From: Tubulanus polymorphus
Taxonomy: Eukaryota > Animalia > Nemertea
NCBI RefSeq assembly: GCF_964204645.1
Contig: NC_134028.1
Coordinates: forward strand, 21,200,345 to 21,264,344
Length of the DNA stretch: 64,000 nucleotides
Direction of reading: 5' to 3'
Part shown: positions 20,863 through 34,235 of the stretch, piece by piece
Layout of the letters: every line of letters begins with the position of its first letter
How positions within the stretch are numbered: the stretch's first letter is position 1
The notes under the pieces: generated by a model
The model's database searches: none
The model's input: only the letters and a program-made list of their open reading frames with translations
Told to the model about the DNA's origin: nothing
Program-made: the position numbers and the translations under genes

Positions 20863-20991
20863 GGGACCAGTTACACAGTCATTAGATCTTAGACCATTCA
20901 AGACCATATATGGCCGATCTATTAACCTCAGAATAGTGTTAGAATTTAAGCGCACTTTTATACTAATGTCACGAGACTGTGCAACTGAGCC
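20863..20991. mobile_element. Short MITE (same family as 16192-16330)
   Basis: GGACCAGTTACACAGTC ... GACTGTGCAACTGAGCC inverted termini. Confidence 0.55.
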
Positions 20992-21435
20992 TTGGTTAGC
21001 CTACAACGTAGGTCGGCGGGTCGTGGGTACGCCCGCCTTGAAAACCGAAATTTTTGGCAACTGGATAAAACATGATTGAACTAGAACCGCGTGTGTGTAG
21101 AAGTTCTGTGCACGAAGTAATTTCTGTCAATTGGATATAATTGGAGCAATTCCAGTCAATGGTTTTAACCCTCTTTTATTTTTTGGTGCTATTTGAGTGT
21201 GCATGTACCTACACGCTAGTTGTCATCAAATACAATTTCCGGCCAGTTTTGGCCTATACATTGAGCACATACGTTGTATCATCATGGAAATTACCAATTT
21301 GTATTGCGTGCTTTAGCGGGATCTCTAATCGTCGCCTTCTAATTTTATCCCTGAATTAAGCCTGCTCGTCGTGTGCAACAAACAACGAACGATTCTCAAA
21401 ATTTCCCGAAAACTTTATTCCATTCCAGTATCCTC

Positions 21436-21517
21436 CGCTTGCCAGGGCTTGGTCGCCTCCCACCGGAGCTTTAATGGAAGGTATAACAAGCGCATATGAA
21501 CCAAACCCTGGCAAGCG
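21436..21517. repeat. Small inverted repeat
   Basis: CGCTTGCCAGGGCTTGGT / ACCAAACCCTGGCAAGCG. Confidence 0.6.
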
Positions 21518-21842
21518 AGTGCGTAATTCTACCCGAAGTGTTTAGCCAGAAAAAAAGGGACAAATTGATAGGTAGATTACAAGTGAATATATCTTAACGA
21601 GACATCAGATGAGAATTAAGGCGTCGATACGAATGTGTATCAGTATTTTTATGGTCAATGGTTCGTTAGAAATCCTAACAAAACTAAACAAAAGAAACAA
21701 AACTCAACGTATTGTTTTATGTATAAAATCCTATTCAATTTAATTGATTAGAAACTCTTTTATATCAAACAGTTAGAAACGCGTGTTAGTCTGAGTATCG
21801 TGGTAAAAAAGGTACAAATTGGTGCATATAACTAGACTGTCA

Positions 21843-24092
21843 TTACAAAGATACTTCACGCGACCAGACAAAGAAAATAAGCCACGACATAAGTGAAGCA
21901 ATGAAGACGTGTTTCAGTCCTGCTAGTGACGAGGATCCGTTACATTTATCTGTATTACAGTGACAATACGTCATCTTTATCTTCGATGTTCCGACTCTTT
22001 TGACGCATCTGAGAGGAGCTTCTTCAAAGCCACACTGTCGTATAATTCTCTTTTCATCGTCCACTGGAAATAATCAATTTTTGACCGTAAGTTTCGCGAA
22101 CAGCACTCTAGTCAAAATACCATTAACATCGCAAACATGCTCTATGATTGTGGTCAGTTTCAAGGTCATTGGTTTTTGTATATGGCCACCAAGGGGTAGT
22201 GAATAGTAGAATAACTTAGTATTTCCTTATTATATTGGTACCTAGGCATATTTTCTCATCACAATCAATTGCAAAATTGTAGCTCTTGACACGTTCTATG
22301 ATTGTAGTGCGACTAGTGGTATTATGTTCATGTTTCTTAAGGCGCACATGGCCCACCAGTCATTTGTGATAATGTATATAAGCCCGATGAGCAAATACTC
22401 AAGTTCCACAGTTGCGAGTTCAAGATTCGACTCAGAATCAAAACATGAGAAATGAACCGATTTTAACTCAATAATAATACTAACAGGCCTGTTTCGTGCT
22501 TTTTAAGGCTAGTTCTATTTCAAGAAAAAGGGCATTTTTTTACTGTAAAAAAGGACATTTTCTTAATGAAAAAGGGCAGATCTTAAATAAGAAGTGCCCG
22601 GGTACCGAGAATGGATCACTTTTCATTGTCAAAAAACATCCATGAAAATTGTTTCCAAATTTTGAAAAATCTTCAAGACCCAAATTTTTTTACACTGACT
22701 TTAAAGGGCACAAATTTTAGGGGGTTCGTTCGCTACCCCCGAACCCCTCCTCGACACGGGTCTGGTTAACTGGAACTGACTGTTTCTCATCAAGGCGTCA
22801 AAGAATATCTTACCTAATTGAATTATTTTCCTGCATTGTTTCGCATTTGGTTCGCAATGCCTCAGGTACTCGGTCGATGTTTTGTTGATGTGTTCACATC
22901 CACTCACGTGAAACGAGTTACAATTGTGACACTGGATAGCTGCATCTGAGAAATTACGAAAATACACTGAAAATTCGTTTAATAGAACAAATAGTGACGA
23001 TATGATATACGTACATACATCGAATCAGTGAGATACATTGGAAATTACGAAACGTTTTAGAATAAAAGGAATTGCAGCTGATCTATCACAGCAATTGGAA
23101 CCCTATACTTTTACCTTCCGTGGATTGAGAGCTTCAGTTAAATAAAGATATAACATTAATAATAATGATAATATAATAATGATTTGTCAATAAATGCAGT
23201 TAATTCGAGACGTACCAGTCATTAGTGATGTCAAAGTAGTGAGGAATCATTTGAGAGTTTAGTGGAATAAACCCCACTTTGATGTGGTACGTGGTAACTA
23301 CAGAGTACACCACAGTCTTAGCGAAATTTAGAATTGAAGTCGGTTATCCGATGCAACCAGACGAATTATCAAAACTCCGAAAATATATCTTGTAAGTGCT
23401 TTATGTTCTCGCACATCTAGAAGAATGCATGCAGTTGGAAATATCTCTGAGTTGTTTCATATCGTATCTCTATTTTTACAACATGTTCCGCTGTGTATAC
23501 ATGTGGAGACGTATGTATATAAACGCATTACGTTTTACATGTATTTTTCTCATTAAACTACACATTTGTTAACACGCTATCCGGCGTTCTGATGTGGTAT
23601 CCACCGTATGCATTTTATGAAAAATACATAAAGAGGATGTATTTTATTGAATATAGATTTCGGACATCTGGCCATCTACGTACATAGGTCCGGGGCAGTT
23701 GCAGTCTCTGCGATATCATTTATCAAATTAAACAATAAATGATTTCAGCCTTGAAAGCGTTCCACTCTAACTGGATACTGGAATATTGGAACCTCATGAA
23801 AGAACCGGCTTCTATATTACAGCATGCATCGATTCTATAAGCTACTTGAACGTATACGCATGTAGGCTACTAAACCACGTATAGGCGTAATACAAAAAAA
23901 GGATGTCAAGATCACATTTTCAACTTCAGGGTTCTGACTTCCCGTGCCGGTATATAGACATATGGGTTTCCTTTATAAACAGTATTTGGTGATTGCATTA
24001 AGTTTTCAAAACTTACTTTGTTTTACCAAGACCGCGGCTATAAATACCAACATAAGTAACAGAGTGTGCTTTATCCCTGCTAACCCCTCCAT
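21843..24092 (-). CDS. Ly6/uPAR (quiver/crooked-like) GPI-type protein D, 142 aa; paralog of protein C
   Basis: Exons 24092-24017, 22945-22814, 22063-21843 (429 nt). MEGLAGIKHTLLLMLVFIAAVLVKQNAA-IQCHNC...CRKIIQLVDDEKRIIRQCGF...YCHCNTDKCN plus hydrophobic tail. Confidence 0.92.
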
Positions 24093-24439
24093 CGTTGTAA
24101 TCCTCACCACCAACCAATGCATCGGAATAGTGGCGCTCACTGACGGTACAACAGAGAGCGCGCCAATTTGTGAATATCACACAAGATCGGGCCTTATGTC
24201 GGCCTTGCTACTGCCTGCATTGCTCCAATTTTGGATAATCAGAGAATAATAACAGCTAGTAGATATTAATGTTGAAAACCAAGTGTCAAAAGCCCGATGG
24301 GTTAGCTGAATGACCCGTAGTTATCCCGCGTTGATGCAGCGCGGATATGCAACTATAAGGCACCGACCCAATTCGACGATTCCTGATTCCGAATACTAAA
24401 GAACTAAAGCTCGGCGAAGGTCGTCTTGCGACTCGTTGG

Positions 24440-24812
24440 AATTCAAATTCAAACTTTATTCTGCATAAACATTAAAAAACCGTTGTTTGCAACTGATACA
24501 TTTTCGGTGAAATCAAGTGTTTACATAATAGGAGATAAACAAGCAACAGAATGAGGCATAATCAACACTAATTATAGACGAGGACAAAACATAATTAAAG
24601 ATTTTTAAAACTGAAAAAAATTGAAAACATTAGGACAAAGGCAAAGCGAGTTCAGTTAATTTAGCTAGCTGAACGATACTGGTTGAAAAATTCAAGTTGT
24701 CGAATGTGCAGATAATTACGTCTATGATCAGATGGATATATTCAATTCCTTTCTCAGATTAGCGACCCTTTTAGAATGAAACAAAAAGTGACGTTCATCG
24801 TTACGACACGTT
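24440..24812 (-). mobile_element. Degenerate LINE 3' fragment
   Basis: Minus strand NDERHFLFHSKRVANLR (decayed zinc knuckle) and AATAAAG-(TTTGAA)n tail. Confidence 0.6.
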
Positions 24813-26754
24813 TCGCTAACAGCGATCGCGACCTGGAGTCAGTAACACGCACGACTGGCAGAGACGGTACGCCCCTATATTGCTAGTTACGTATATCGTC
24901 ACGTACAGGGTTCGAGAGATTCTTGCACATTTCTGTGTACGGACCAGCGCTGCTGGGTCTAGGGTTTTTGTAGGGGCGAGATCTAGAGAAGTAAAGGGCC
25001 CGAGTGTAATACTGTAAGGACGATGAGCCGCCAACGAACTCGAGGGGGTGCTGGAGGCGGTCTCTCCATCGACGATAGAAATTTGTTGAAATTCTGAGAA
25101 GAATCTAGTGAGATTTCCACGAAGTTGAATTTTAAAACGAATTTCATGATATCATTCATAGATGCTAGTGTACATAGACTTAGATATATCATGAATTGTA
25201 AAAATTATCGTGTCATTAGAATATCAAGACGCATTGTCCAAAGTGTTCGAATTCTGATTGTAGACATTTTTGTCACCTCAAGTACAGCCCTGATTGTATT
25301 ACCACCCACACAGCGGTAAGAAATCCGCAATTCTTCAAAGTAGGTAAAAAATGAATGGAGTGTTGGTAGATACAATCTTAAGGTCAATTAATTCGTATGA
25401 TTGATACATTATCCAATTTATTCATATTTTTCTGTGGAACACCATAATGATATCATGGGCATACAAACTATAGTATATATTTGAATTAAAACATACAACA
25501 AATTAACAGTTCATTAATACTAAATTAGTACTTTACGTTATCGAAAGGGTTCATCGCACATTTCAAATATATTATTACATATTATATAGCTTGAATCTAG
25601 AATATTTCAAATTAAAAGTCATTATTTCTTACAATTCATAGCATCGCACAGCTCAAATATACCAAAAGTTAACAAAAAAGTTCACAGTTCAAAAAATGTT
25701 CTAGTTCGAATTTTAAGATATTAGAAATAAAAAGTTCATTATCAATGTTCAAAAGTTCATTATTATCATCATATTAATTCTAACAATTTATTTTATTCTA
25801 AAAGTTTACTTAAGCATTTATCGCAACGAAAGATTTCATTGCACAGTTCACACATATTTCAGTCTCATTGCAAATGAATAAGTTGGAGAGACATTTTGCT
25901 TTGAAATGTTCTTTAAAATCACCAAGTGGGGTTTTTACCTACTTTGAATATATGGGGATTTTTACCTACAATATTCAGTCGTACGATATTCATCATACGC
26001 AGTATCATCGGCCTTAGGAAAACGCCAGGACCTAGCGTTGTCGATGGTTGGGTATAGATAAAGTCGTTATTACCGTGCGACAAATATGTACGGTACATGA
26101 AATTACTAAATACTATTATATCAGCCAGAAAAATGATTTTTTTTTTAGCTAATACAACAACTAAAAACCTTGCTTGATTTGTTGGAGGTTGACTTTTCGA
26201 AGGGCCAAAGATTTTCAAGGGCTGGTCCGGACCCCCTCTGAAAAGGTCATTATTCTCTTTCAAATGCTTAATACGTACGCACCTAAAATGTATTGAAATT
26301 AGATTTCAGACATCTGGCCATCTACATAAAGAGATCGGGGGCAGTTGTAGTTTCTGCAATGTCATTTTTCAAATCAAACAATAAATGAAGTCAGCCTTCA
26401 AAAATATCCGCGCCAAGGCATTTTTCCATGGTTCCTCTCTCTAACTGACTGGAATATTGGAACCTAATGAATGTTCTATACAGGGCGAGAGATTCGTGCA
26501 CATTGTTTTGTGGACGGATTTTTAAGATGAATGAAAGTCAAAATTATGTTATACTCTATACCTAATTCTGTACTGTACAACATGTATAATAATGCATTGA
26601 GTTTAAAGTATAAGGTTGGTTGTTTTGTGTCATGTTAATGGGGGGTAGGTTAGTTCAACATTGTGTGTATGCTGTATGCATTATAAGCATAATCGTGGCG
26701 TCCTGGAGACATACGTACGTACCTAGGTAGTACATATACGGTAACGACACATTT

Positions 26755-28993
26755 TTAAAGAATGTGACTGTTTTCACTCGATAATGAACGGATGTGCTTG
26801 ACCCAGAATGGTATCATTATCAGAACACTGACCGCTACTAAAACTGCCGTCAATTCAAATGAATAAATGTAGTTCCCGGTTGCGTCAAATATCAAACCTG
26901 AAAGTATATATAAACATCTTTAAAAGTATAAACAATTAAATCGATCTGGTGCTTCTTTGTTTATTGAACAACGAACTATCAATGGTTGTGCTGTCCAAGG
27001 CCGGTCACAAAACCCTGGAAAACCTGGTGGTTGAACATTTCGTTGGTACATGGGCCCTCCGTAACTTACCGGCTAATGGAGCACCGACCATGTATCCAAT
27101 CCCAGAAGGTAACAACATGTATTGTACGGCCATATGAAGATATCTATACTCTATGATATCAGCAACAACTAGATGAGTGAGTCCAGAAAATGCTGACATT
27201 CCGATTCCAATGATTACAACTAAAACAACAGCGGCTGTAAATCCTTCGAATACAGGAATTATCGCCACCGTAACGCTTAGTAAAACATTAACTATTAGAA
27301 ACAGAGTGAATGTATCAATACGAGGATGCTGCGAGATTATAGATACGATAAATCGTGCTACCGTATTGCTAGCTCCGAAATACGGAACTAGATACCTGGC
27401 GCTCTCTAAATCCAGTTTGCAAATATCTGTGAATCCGGAAACCATGTGGATGTAGATTATAGATACTGCAATGTAAATGAAAAACACCTGAAACAATATA
27501 CCCATGAAAGCGGGTAGTTTTAAAACTTCGCTGTCCCAAGTAATACAGCCTGAACATCTTTCTTTAGGTTTATCTGTTTTTTTCTCCTTTTCCAAACGTA
27601 TTTGCGTGTTTTCTTCACTTTCCAAAAGTACATCTTCTTTACGGCGCAGTTTGTTCCATTTACGTAAAACTAAACTGCAGGGTATTACGTTTAGTGCTAG
27701 GGCTCCCGTTATCAGAACTGTCCCTCGCCAAGTATAAACTTCTAATAACGTATTAATGATGACGCCGAAAATGAGCGTTCCCAATGGAACTGCGGACATG
27801 ACGAAAGCGTTCGCTATCGACCTGTGACGACGGAACCTGATCAAAACGTAAGCCATTATAGGTCCGACTTGAAACGAATGCGCCAGTCCTGAAAACAAAT
27901 CGCATATTATCATCAAAAATTATGCATGATGAAAACAGTTGATATATAGGCTTAACATAGCCGTGAACATAGAGGAAAAAGAAGTAAATTAAGACTTACA
28001 TCGATTTTTTGTACTAACATACATACATATATACGTACAAGCGTACACATACCTGCTACGAACCATAAAAAGTAGATTTGCCATAATTTGGTCGAAAATG
28101 CCGAACTACAAATTGATGAACCGCCCACAATAGCAGAACTGACTAAACATCTTCTTAATCCAAATCTCCTGATTACAACACCGGCAACAGGAGCTGAAAA
28201 CAAAAATAAAAAACATTTCAAGCCCTGGGGCACTTCCACCCCTGAGGCGCAAGAGTCATTAATTAATTCATTAATATATTCATCCATATAGAGAGCTAAA
28301 CCATTTGGTGATGAATAATGCAAACGTTGAATACACGGTAGAATATGAGCAACCAGTATATGTATACATCCAGGCCTTGCCTGTGCGCTGCCTCTCTATT
28401 GGGTGGGTGCGAATTTAGATGAGGTTGACCTTATTTGACGGTGGAGACGGCGATTGCGTGCGCCGTAAGCGCAAAGCCCCCAGCAGCGAGGGGTTTGAAA
28501 AAGAAAATTTTGAGCTTTTTAGATGCATATCTTGTCAATGTTAGTGAATATTTCATATAACAAAGTCAACTTCCCTTTTCAAGGGCCACTCCTTCCGCAT
28601 CGAAGCGGCTACCGACGCAGCAGCCAGGGGTTCCCTGCACCCGCATTTAGAATGCAGTCAAATAAGCCATTCATCGAAGGTGACATTAAGATTGAGCGAT
28701 ATGCGATTCCGCTTGAAGAAACATTAGAACCGATACGTCGTATTGATACATGGTTACTTACAAAATATCAGCGCCACAGCGGTACTGACGCCAATCCACG
28801 AGACATTCGTGTACCCTGTATTAAAGTATTCAACCCATTCAACTATTAGTATACCAGTTGTATAGTATATTCCACCTAATAGCATAACGATTCCTCCCGC
28901 TGCAACTACTAAACAACATCCTTCAATTTTACCCGGCTCTAAAAATTCACACTTCACTGCCTTATTTTCCTCTATTCGAACCGTGGTCGCCAT
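26755..28993 (-). CDS. SLC16/monocarboxylate transporter-like MFS protein, 444 aa
   Basis: Exons 28993-28762, 28193-28053, 27888-27070, 26897-26755 (1335 nt). Motifs WVEYF, SWIG, SPVAG...RRFG, FRRHRSIANA, YTWRG, GAPLAG-LIFDATGNY. Confidence 0.9.
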
Positions 28994-29325
28994 GATTTAT
29001 TATGCAGCAGCTGCGAACATGTGTCACTCATTGGCAATCGCTGATCAGAAAAAAACTAATATAACGCAATAGAAATACAATTATCTGCGGTTATTCTGAT
29101 TTAAAACCCATTGTTAATACTTTCAATTCCTGAATAGGCCCGCTCAGCTGCTTTGAGGGCAGTAGGACAGCTTGATGAAAGGCAGGCCTACAACCGAGTA
29201 AAAAGTGGATATTTGAAATGGAAATTTCTCTGTCGCGTATTGGTCGCTTTTTATGGTGGCTGATTCGGGCCATACTAAAGAAATTTTTTCTGTACGGATA
29301 AAGCACCGATAAAAAATTTTTCACA

Positions 29326-29517
29326 TTGGCCCGTTGTTTGGTTTTCTCGAGAGAGAATTCAAAACTTTTGGTTTTCTCGCGCGAGAATTCGAAACCTTTG
29401 GTTTTCTCGCGTGAGAATTCAAAAAGTTTGGTTTTCTCGCGAAACTTTTTGAATTCTCGCGCGAGAAAACCAAAAGTTTTGAATTCTCGCACAGGAAAAC
29501 AAAAAAAAATGGGCCAT
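29326..29517. repeat. Foldback element built of about 30-bp units
   Basis: Tandem TTTGGTTTTCTCGCGCGAGAATTCAAAA units, then the same unit inverted; TGGCCC...GGGCCA ends. Confidence 0.75.
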
Positions 29518-29727
29518 TGTAAAAAATTTTTATCCAGCTTCTAGATAATAATAATATATACATATTTGATATATATATATATATATATATTTCCAGTTGA
29601 AGTTTTTAATGACATTGATGAATTGTTTTCAATATCTACATAGTATCTGTTCATTTTCATATCATATCTATATCTATTCATAAATCCCTTTCAATTTTCT
29701 TTTTCATGTTGTGGAACATCTGAAACA

Positions 29728-30714
29728 TCATTCAATACATTTTACAATTTCAGGTACATCTTTCTGCCCGACGGAATATCTCCAAATATGTAGATACGTC
29801 TTGCCCCTTTTCAGTGTCTCAGTCATAACTCCTGCGCTACAATTTCGGATTACAAACGGAATGTGATCGTGAAGGATTCTACAATCAACATCTATAACGG
29901 TCGTGTAATGCCATGTTCTGTGAGACAGGTGCAACGAAGAACACTTCTTTTCTACGTCACCATATCGGTCATGTATAACTTTTGCCCAACGCCGAGGTGC
30001 CGGTAACATAAATCCCATAAACGGTACTTTTATTAGCGGAAAAATATCCTCAACGTCCCGTCTTACCCATGGTTGATAAGTCATATCTTGCATGTAGGTT
30101 CCTTTAACGGTATACGGCCATATATCAACAAAAGGCCAGTCCGAGTTGGTAAAGGATAGCTTCCACGGACGTCCGTATGGCGCAAGCAGTAGCATAGACG
30201 CTACTTGCGGATCCTTATAAATAAATGATTTCTTGATCTTTACTAAATCGTCGACGGGTATCTGTACATCGAAGTCGTCATCCCACGGTACCGGTCCGTG
30301 GTGACGATATGCACCGATCAGTGTGCCAGAAAAAAGTAAATACGTTACATTCAATCTTCGCATTAACGTATCAAATTGAAAGATGAGTGATCTATACTTC
30401 ACTTTCTCCGTCGCGTTAAGCTTAGTGAGAATGAATTTCTGTTTTACCTTCGTCGACAGAGGACCGCTGGATTCCCTAGTATCCCGATCACGGTTCACAT
30501 AGAATTCATGATAACTGTTGACCGGGACGGATCGGAAGTTAACGGACTGCGACGGTTCCTCGATTCTTATGCGCGTAGCACGATGAGAGCAATTACAATA
30601 TCCACTTAACTGCCTCTGAGTGTACAGAAATTCAGTAAAAATAAACGTAGCTGTGAAAATGAAACAGGCTAAACTCGAAAACTTCAATAGTAAAGCCATG
30701 ACGACTTTCACCAT
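29728..30714 (-). CDS. LicD-family (fukutin/FKRP-related) phosphotransferase, type II membrane, 328 aa
   Basis: Uninterrupted ORF; N-terminal TM segment; SGTLIGAYRHHGPVPWDDDFDV signature; WPFVDIW, IFPL, LPAP downstream motifs. Confidence 0.9.
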   Translation of the reverse strand: MVKVVMALLLKFSSLACFIFTATFIFTEFLYTQRQLSGYCNCSHRATRIRIEEPSQSVNFRSVPVNSYHEFYVNRDRDTRESSGPLSTKVKQKFILTKLNATEKVKYRSLIFQFDTLMRRLNVTYLLFSGTLIGAYRHHGPVPWDDDFDVQIPVDDLVKIKKSFIYKDPQVASMLLLAPYGRPWKLSFTNSDWPFVDIWPYTVKGTYMQDMTYQPWVRRDVEDIFPLIKVPFMGFMLPAPRRWAKVIHDRYGDVEKKCSSLHLSHRTWHYTTVIDVDCRILHDHIPFVIRNCSAGVMTETLKRGKTYLHIWRYSVGQKDVPEIVKCIE

Positions 30715-31649
30715 CTGTGTCGATCAACTTGAGATTATCAGATAAAATATATCAGAGATTGTGACTATCGATTGATTGCTTTGTATCCGTTTATGTACGT
30801 GACGTTATCGACTTTAGAAAACAGATAGAAAATAAAAAGCCTTATTCCAAATCCCAAAAGTCTATTTTTTTTTAATGAGGAAATTTAGGCGTTAACGACC
30901 TCGAATCAGGATGGAAAGTCCTTCGTAACCGAAATATTCAATTTTGGGTAGCGACCGTGAAGAAAAAAAACAAAAAGGTGTGATGAGGTTATTTATCGGG
31001 ATGCGTGTGCGGGAGTGCTTTACTTAAAAAAAAGAAACGAATTTCTGAAACAGAGTTCTGCACGCGGGATGCGCATTTTTATTTCCATTTTTTCCTGACG
31101 AATTTTTTTTTACTGATGAAAAAAATACAATTTTTTTGCGTGGCCTTATGAAATCCATCGTGGGACAAATAAAAGATTTCGTGATTTCTATACTAAAAGA
31201 ATTTTGAATTAGAAATAATTGGTTTAGAGAAGTTCCAATACATTACTCAATGCAATTTGATCTTTATTTGCATAGAATTTTGTGAAAATAAATTGTTACA
31301 TTAAAACTACATGATTCAGGTCCGTTGTTTGAATGCTGTATCAGATCAGTGATTAATGAGAACGCTTACAACGAAATATCGGGTAGAAGAAAGTAAGTTT
31401 CGTGTCCCAATAGCAAAATAATGCCACGAGGCCACAGGAGAAGATCGACCCCATGTGTTAAATAGTACAAAGCACTTAAGTCTTTTTAATCAAGGAAAAC
31501 TAGTTCAAAGCCACCATCTGTTCACGGCAGCAGCTTGTATTTCATTGAAATGATCCATATCGAATGATGAATCCATTACAATTATGTCTATCTTACTCAA
31601 GGATCTTCCTAAAAGGTTCGGTGACGTCAGCTCACGTCCGGTGCACACA

Positions 31650-31807
31650 GGCCAAATTCGGTTTTCATTGCTAGTCGACTAGTGGTTGTAACTAATAACC
31701 GAATGCGCTTATTACCGAACTATTTCCGGAATATAGTTTTGACTAACTGAAATTCGGATTCACATAGTTCGACAATAGTCGACTAACTCAGATAACCGAA
31801 GTTGGCC
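31650..31807. mobile_element. Small MITE (GGCC termini)
   Basis: TIR GGCCAAATTCGGTT / AACCGAAGTTGGCC. Confidence 0.65.
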
Positions 31808-31840
31808 ATAGTGTATATACACGTATCCGAAACTAAATTA

Positions 31841-32480
31841 TGGTGGCTGATTTGGGCCATAGCGTAAAAGTCCGGGTATGCAAATGAGGGCGCTAGAACG
31901 CCAGAACGCCGGAACGCCAAAACGAAAAAACCGTCCAATTCTCTCTGAATGTCCGTTTTGGTGCGCCAAAACCAAGATATTTTCGTTTTGGCGCTCCCTC
32001 CAAAACAACGAAAAACGTCGAAATTTCTCTAAAAATCCGTTTTGGCGCACCAAAACAAAGAATATTCCGTTTTGGCGCCCCCGCCAAAAAGAACTTTCAT
32101 TATAGCGCCCCCGCCAACACGAACTTTCGTTTTAGCGCCCCCACCGAAACAACGAAAAACGTCGAAATTTCTCTAAAAATCCGTTATAGCGCGCCAAAAC
32201 AAAGACTATTCCGTATTGGCACCCCCGCCAAAACAACGAAAAACGTCGAAAACGAAAACGAAAAACGAAAAATCCGTTTTGGCGCGCCAAAACGGACCTT
32301 TTTTCCGTTTTCGCGCGGTTATTTACGTTTTGGCACCCCGCGCCCCGGAAGTTCGTTTTGGTGGGGGCGCCAAAACGGAATTTTCGAGAAATTTTGACTT
32401 TTTTCGTTTTGGCGTTCTGGCGTTCTGGCATCCTCATTTACATACCCAGAATTCTACGCTATGGCCCGAATCAGCCACCA
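31841..32480. mobile_element. TA-flanked MITE with long TIRs and internal repeats
   Basis: About 85-bp TIR starting TGGTGGCTGATTYGGGCCATAGCGTA; TA at 31839-31840 and 32481-32482; internal CGTTTTGGCG..CCAAAAC repeats. Confidence 0.85.
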
Positions 32481-33039
32481 TAGTAAATCTAAATTATTGC
32501 GACTTTATTATACAGGGTGGTCCAAAAATGCAACCGCATACTTCTACTTATCAGATTCCTTCGTTATCTACATGGATGGATTGAAAATATCTAGAGATGG
32601 AAAATGACACCAAAACTCACTTTTGATTTCGGGCCATTGTTGCGAAGCGTGAAATCAACAGACATTACGTAACCGGGATTGAAATCATCGCGTGAAGTAA
32701 TATGCAGACCTAACAGAATAGTGAACAAGGTATTTTGAAGTAGTTAATTACCTTTTATTCTTATTCTTAATATCTGTCACTCAGTAAGTTGATATTGTTT
32801 GTAATTAGTACTGTCTTATTTTATGTAAATACCATCGTATTATATGAAAATTTAATCACTTGCGCTATGCCTCAAAAGGGGAAAATGTAACTCCCGAAAA
32901 CGCGTGCTAGAATAAATCTATAATCATTAGAAAATGAGATTTGTACTGATTTCGTTTTGCTATGGATTTTTACAATTTACAACTATGAATAGTAATCGAG
33001 TGGCTCACCGTCAACAGTCACGTGACATGTTCTTGGTGA

Positions 33040-34235
33040 GGAGGCACTAGAAAATGTCACATGACTGATACAAAATAGGAATAAAAAAGAGACTTCTCAC
33101 AGCAAATAGAAGAATACAACATATAGTTAAGAATAAGTCTGCGACCGATAACAGCCCAGTTGATGATGGACGAGATATGGGTACCGGCAGCGGAACAAAA
33201 AGAGAGCGCATCCCGTCAGACGATTCAACGAGGGATATCGCACCGACTAGGAGTGCGAAACAACTGCCTAAAAAACAGAAGCAGGACATGGCAGATATAC
33301 CAGAAGATGTAAGTGACATGCTGTCACAAACTCGAAACATCCTGAACATGGATACAGGTGCCGTCATCGCGTAGGAATGCCAGGCCTACATAAGGCTAAG
33401 CTTTGGTTAGTGCGATGTGAACAGTTGGGCGGATACTAACACTAACGACTCGACCAAGCTCTGAGAAGATATAATAGTGAACAGTAATCTAGACATTATA
33501 ACTATTTGTGAATCGCATCTAAGAAACAACTCAACAATATCAGTCCCAGGCTATAGGTGGTTTGGCCATAACAGAACGGAACTCCATAAACGCGCTGTAC
33601 GTGGATCTGGAGGCGTGGGGGTACTAATTAAGCAGACAATCTTGCGCTATTATTATGTGGATGTACTAGACGCATCATTTGACGGTATAATGTGGCTGCG
33701 TCTCCGATCAGTTAGCGATGACTCTCTGACAGTCCTCATGGGTGCTGTTACCCTGCCCCCAGAGCGTTCGTCTAGAGATGATACCTCCCAATTTTTCTAT
33801 GACACTCTGTTATCGCAATTATGTATGTATTGGAATAGCGATCCGTGCGTTATAGCGGGTGACTTAAACGGGCGTATTGGCAATAAAAAAGACACATCGG
33901 ATACAAATATTCCTCCGCGCGTTACTATCGACGAAAGTGTAAATAATTATGGTCGGTATCTGATTGATTTTGTACAGGACGCTAATATGTTTATTCTCAA
34001 ACGGAAGATATACGAATAATGATGATTTTACGTGTATATCCGGAAGAGGCCGTTCAGTCTTGGATTATTTTCTAATCCCGTGTGCCGATTTTCAGAAAGT
34101 TTGCGATTTCGAACCATGACCGATCTTGCCGACACGGCACACTATAGCTCTGCGTGCCGTAGACCCGATCATTCATTGATTAAATTTACGTATACACTAT
34201 CGGATTATGTGAATTTTGATAATAATCCAAAGAAT
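33040..34235 (+). mobile_element. LINE 5' remnant: ORF1-like piece plus frameshifted APE endonuclease
   Basis: LDIITICESHL, GYRW, RGSGGVG, GDLNGRIG, NNYG, then after frameshifts SVLDYFL and PDHSLI; no RT follows. Boundaries approximate. Confidence 0.8.

Noticed and set aside
29326-29517. CRISPR-like 30-bp repeats and overlapping ORFs
   Set aside because: No unique spacers, units invert midway, eukaryotic context with no cas genes.
31838-32584. Several overlapping Arg/Lys/Phe-rich ORFs
   Set aside because: Translations of MITE internal repeats.
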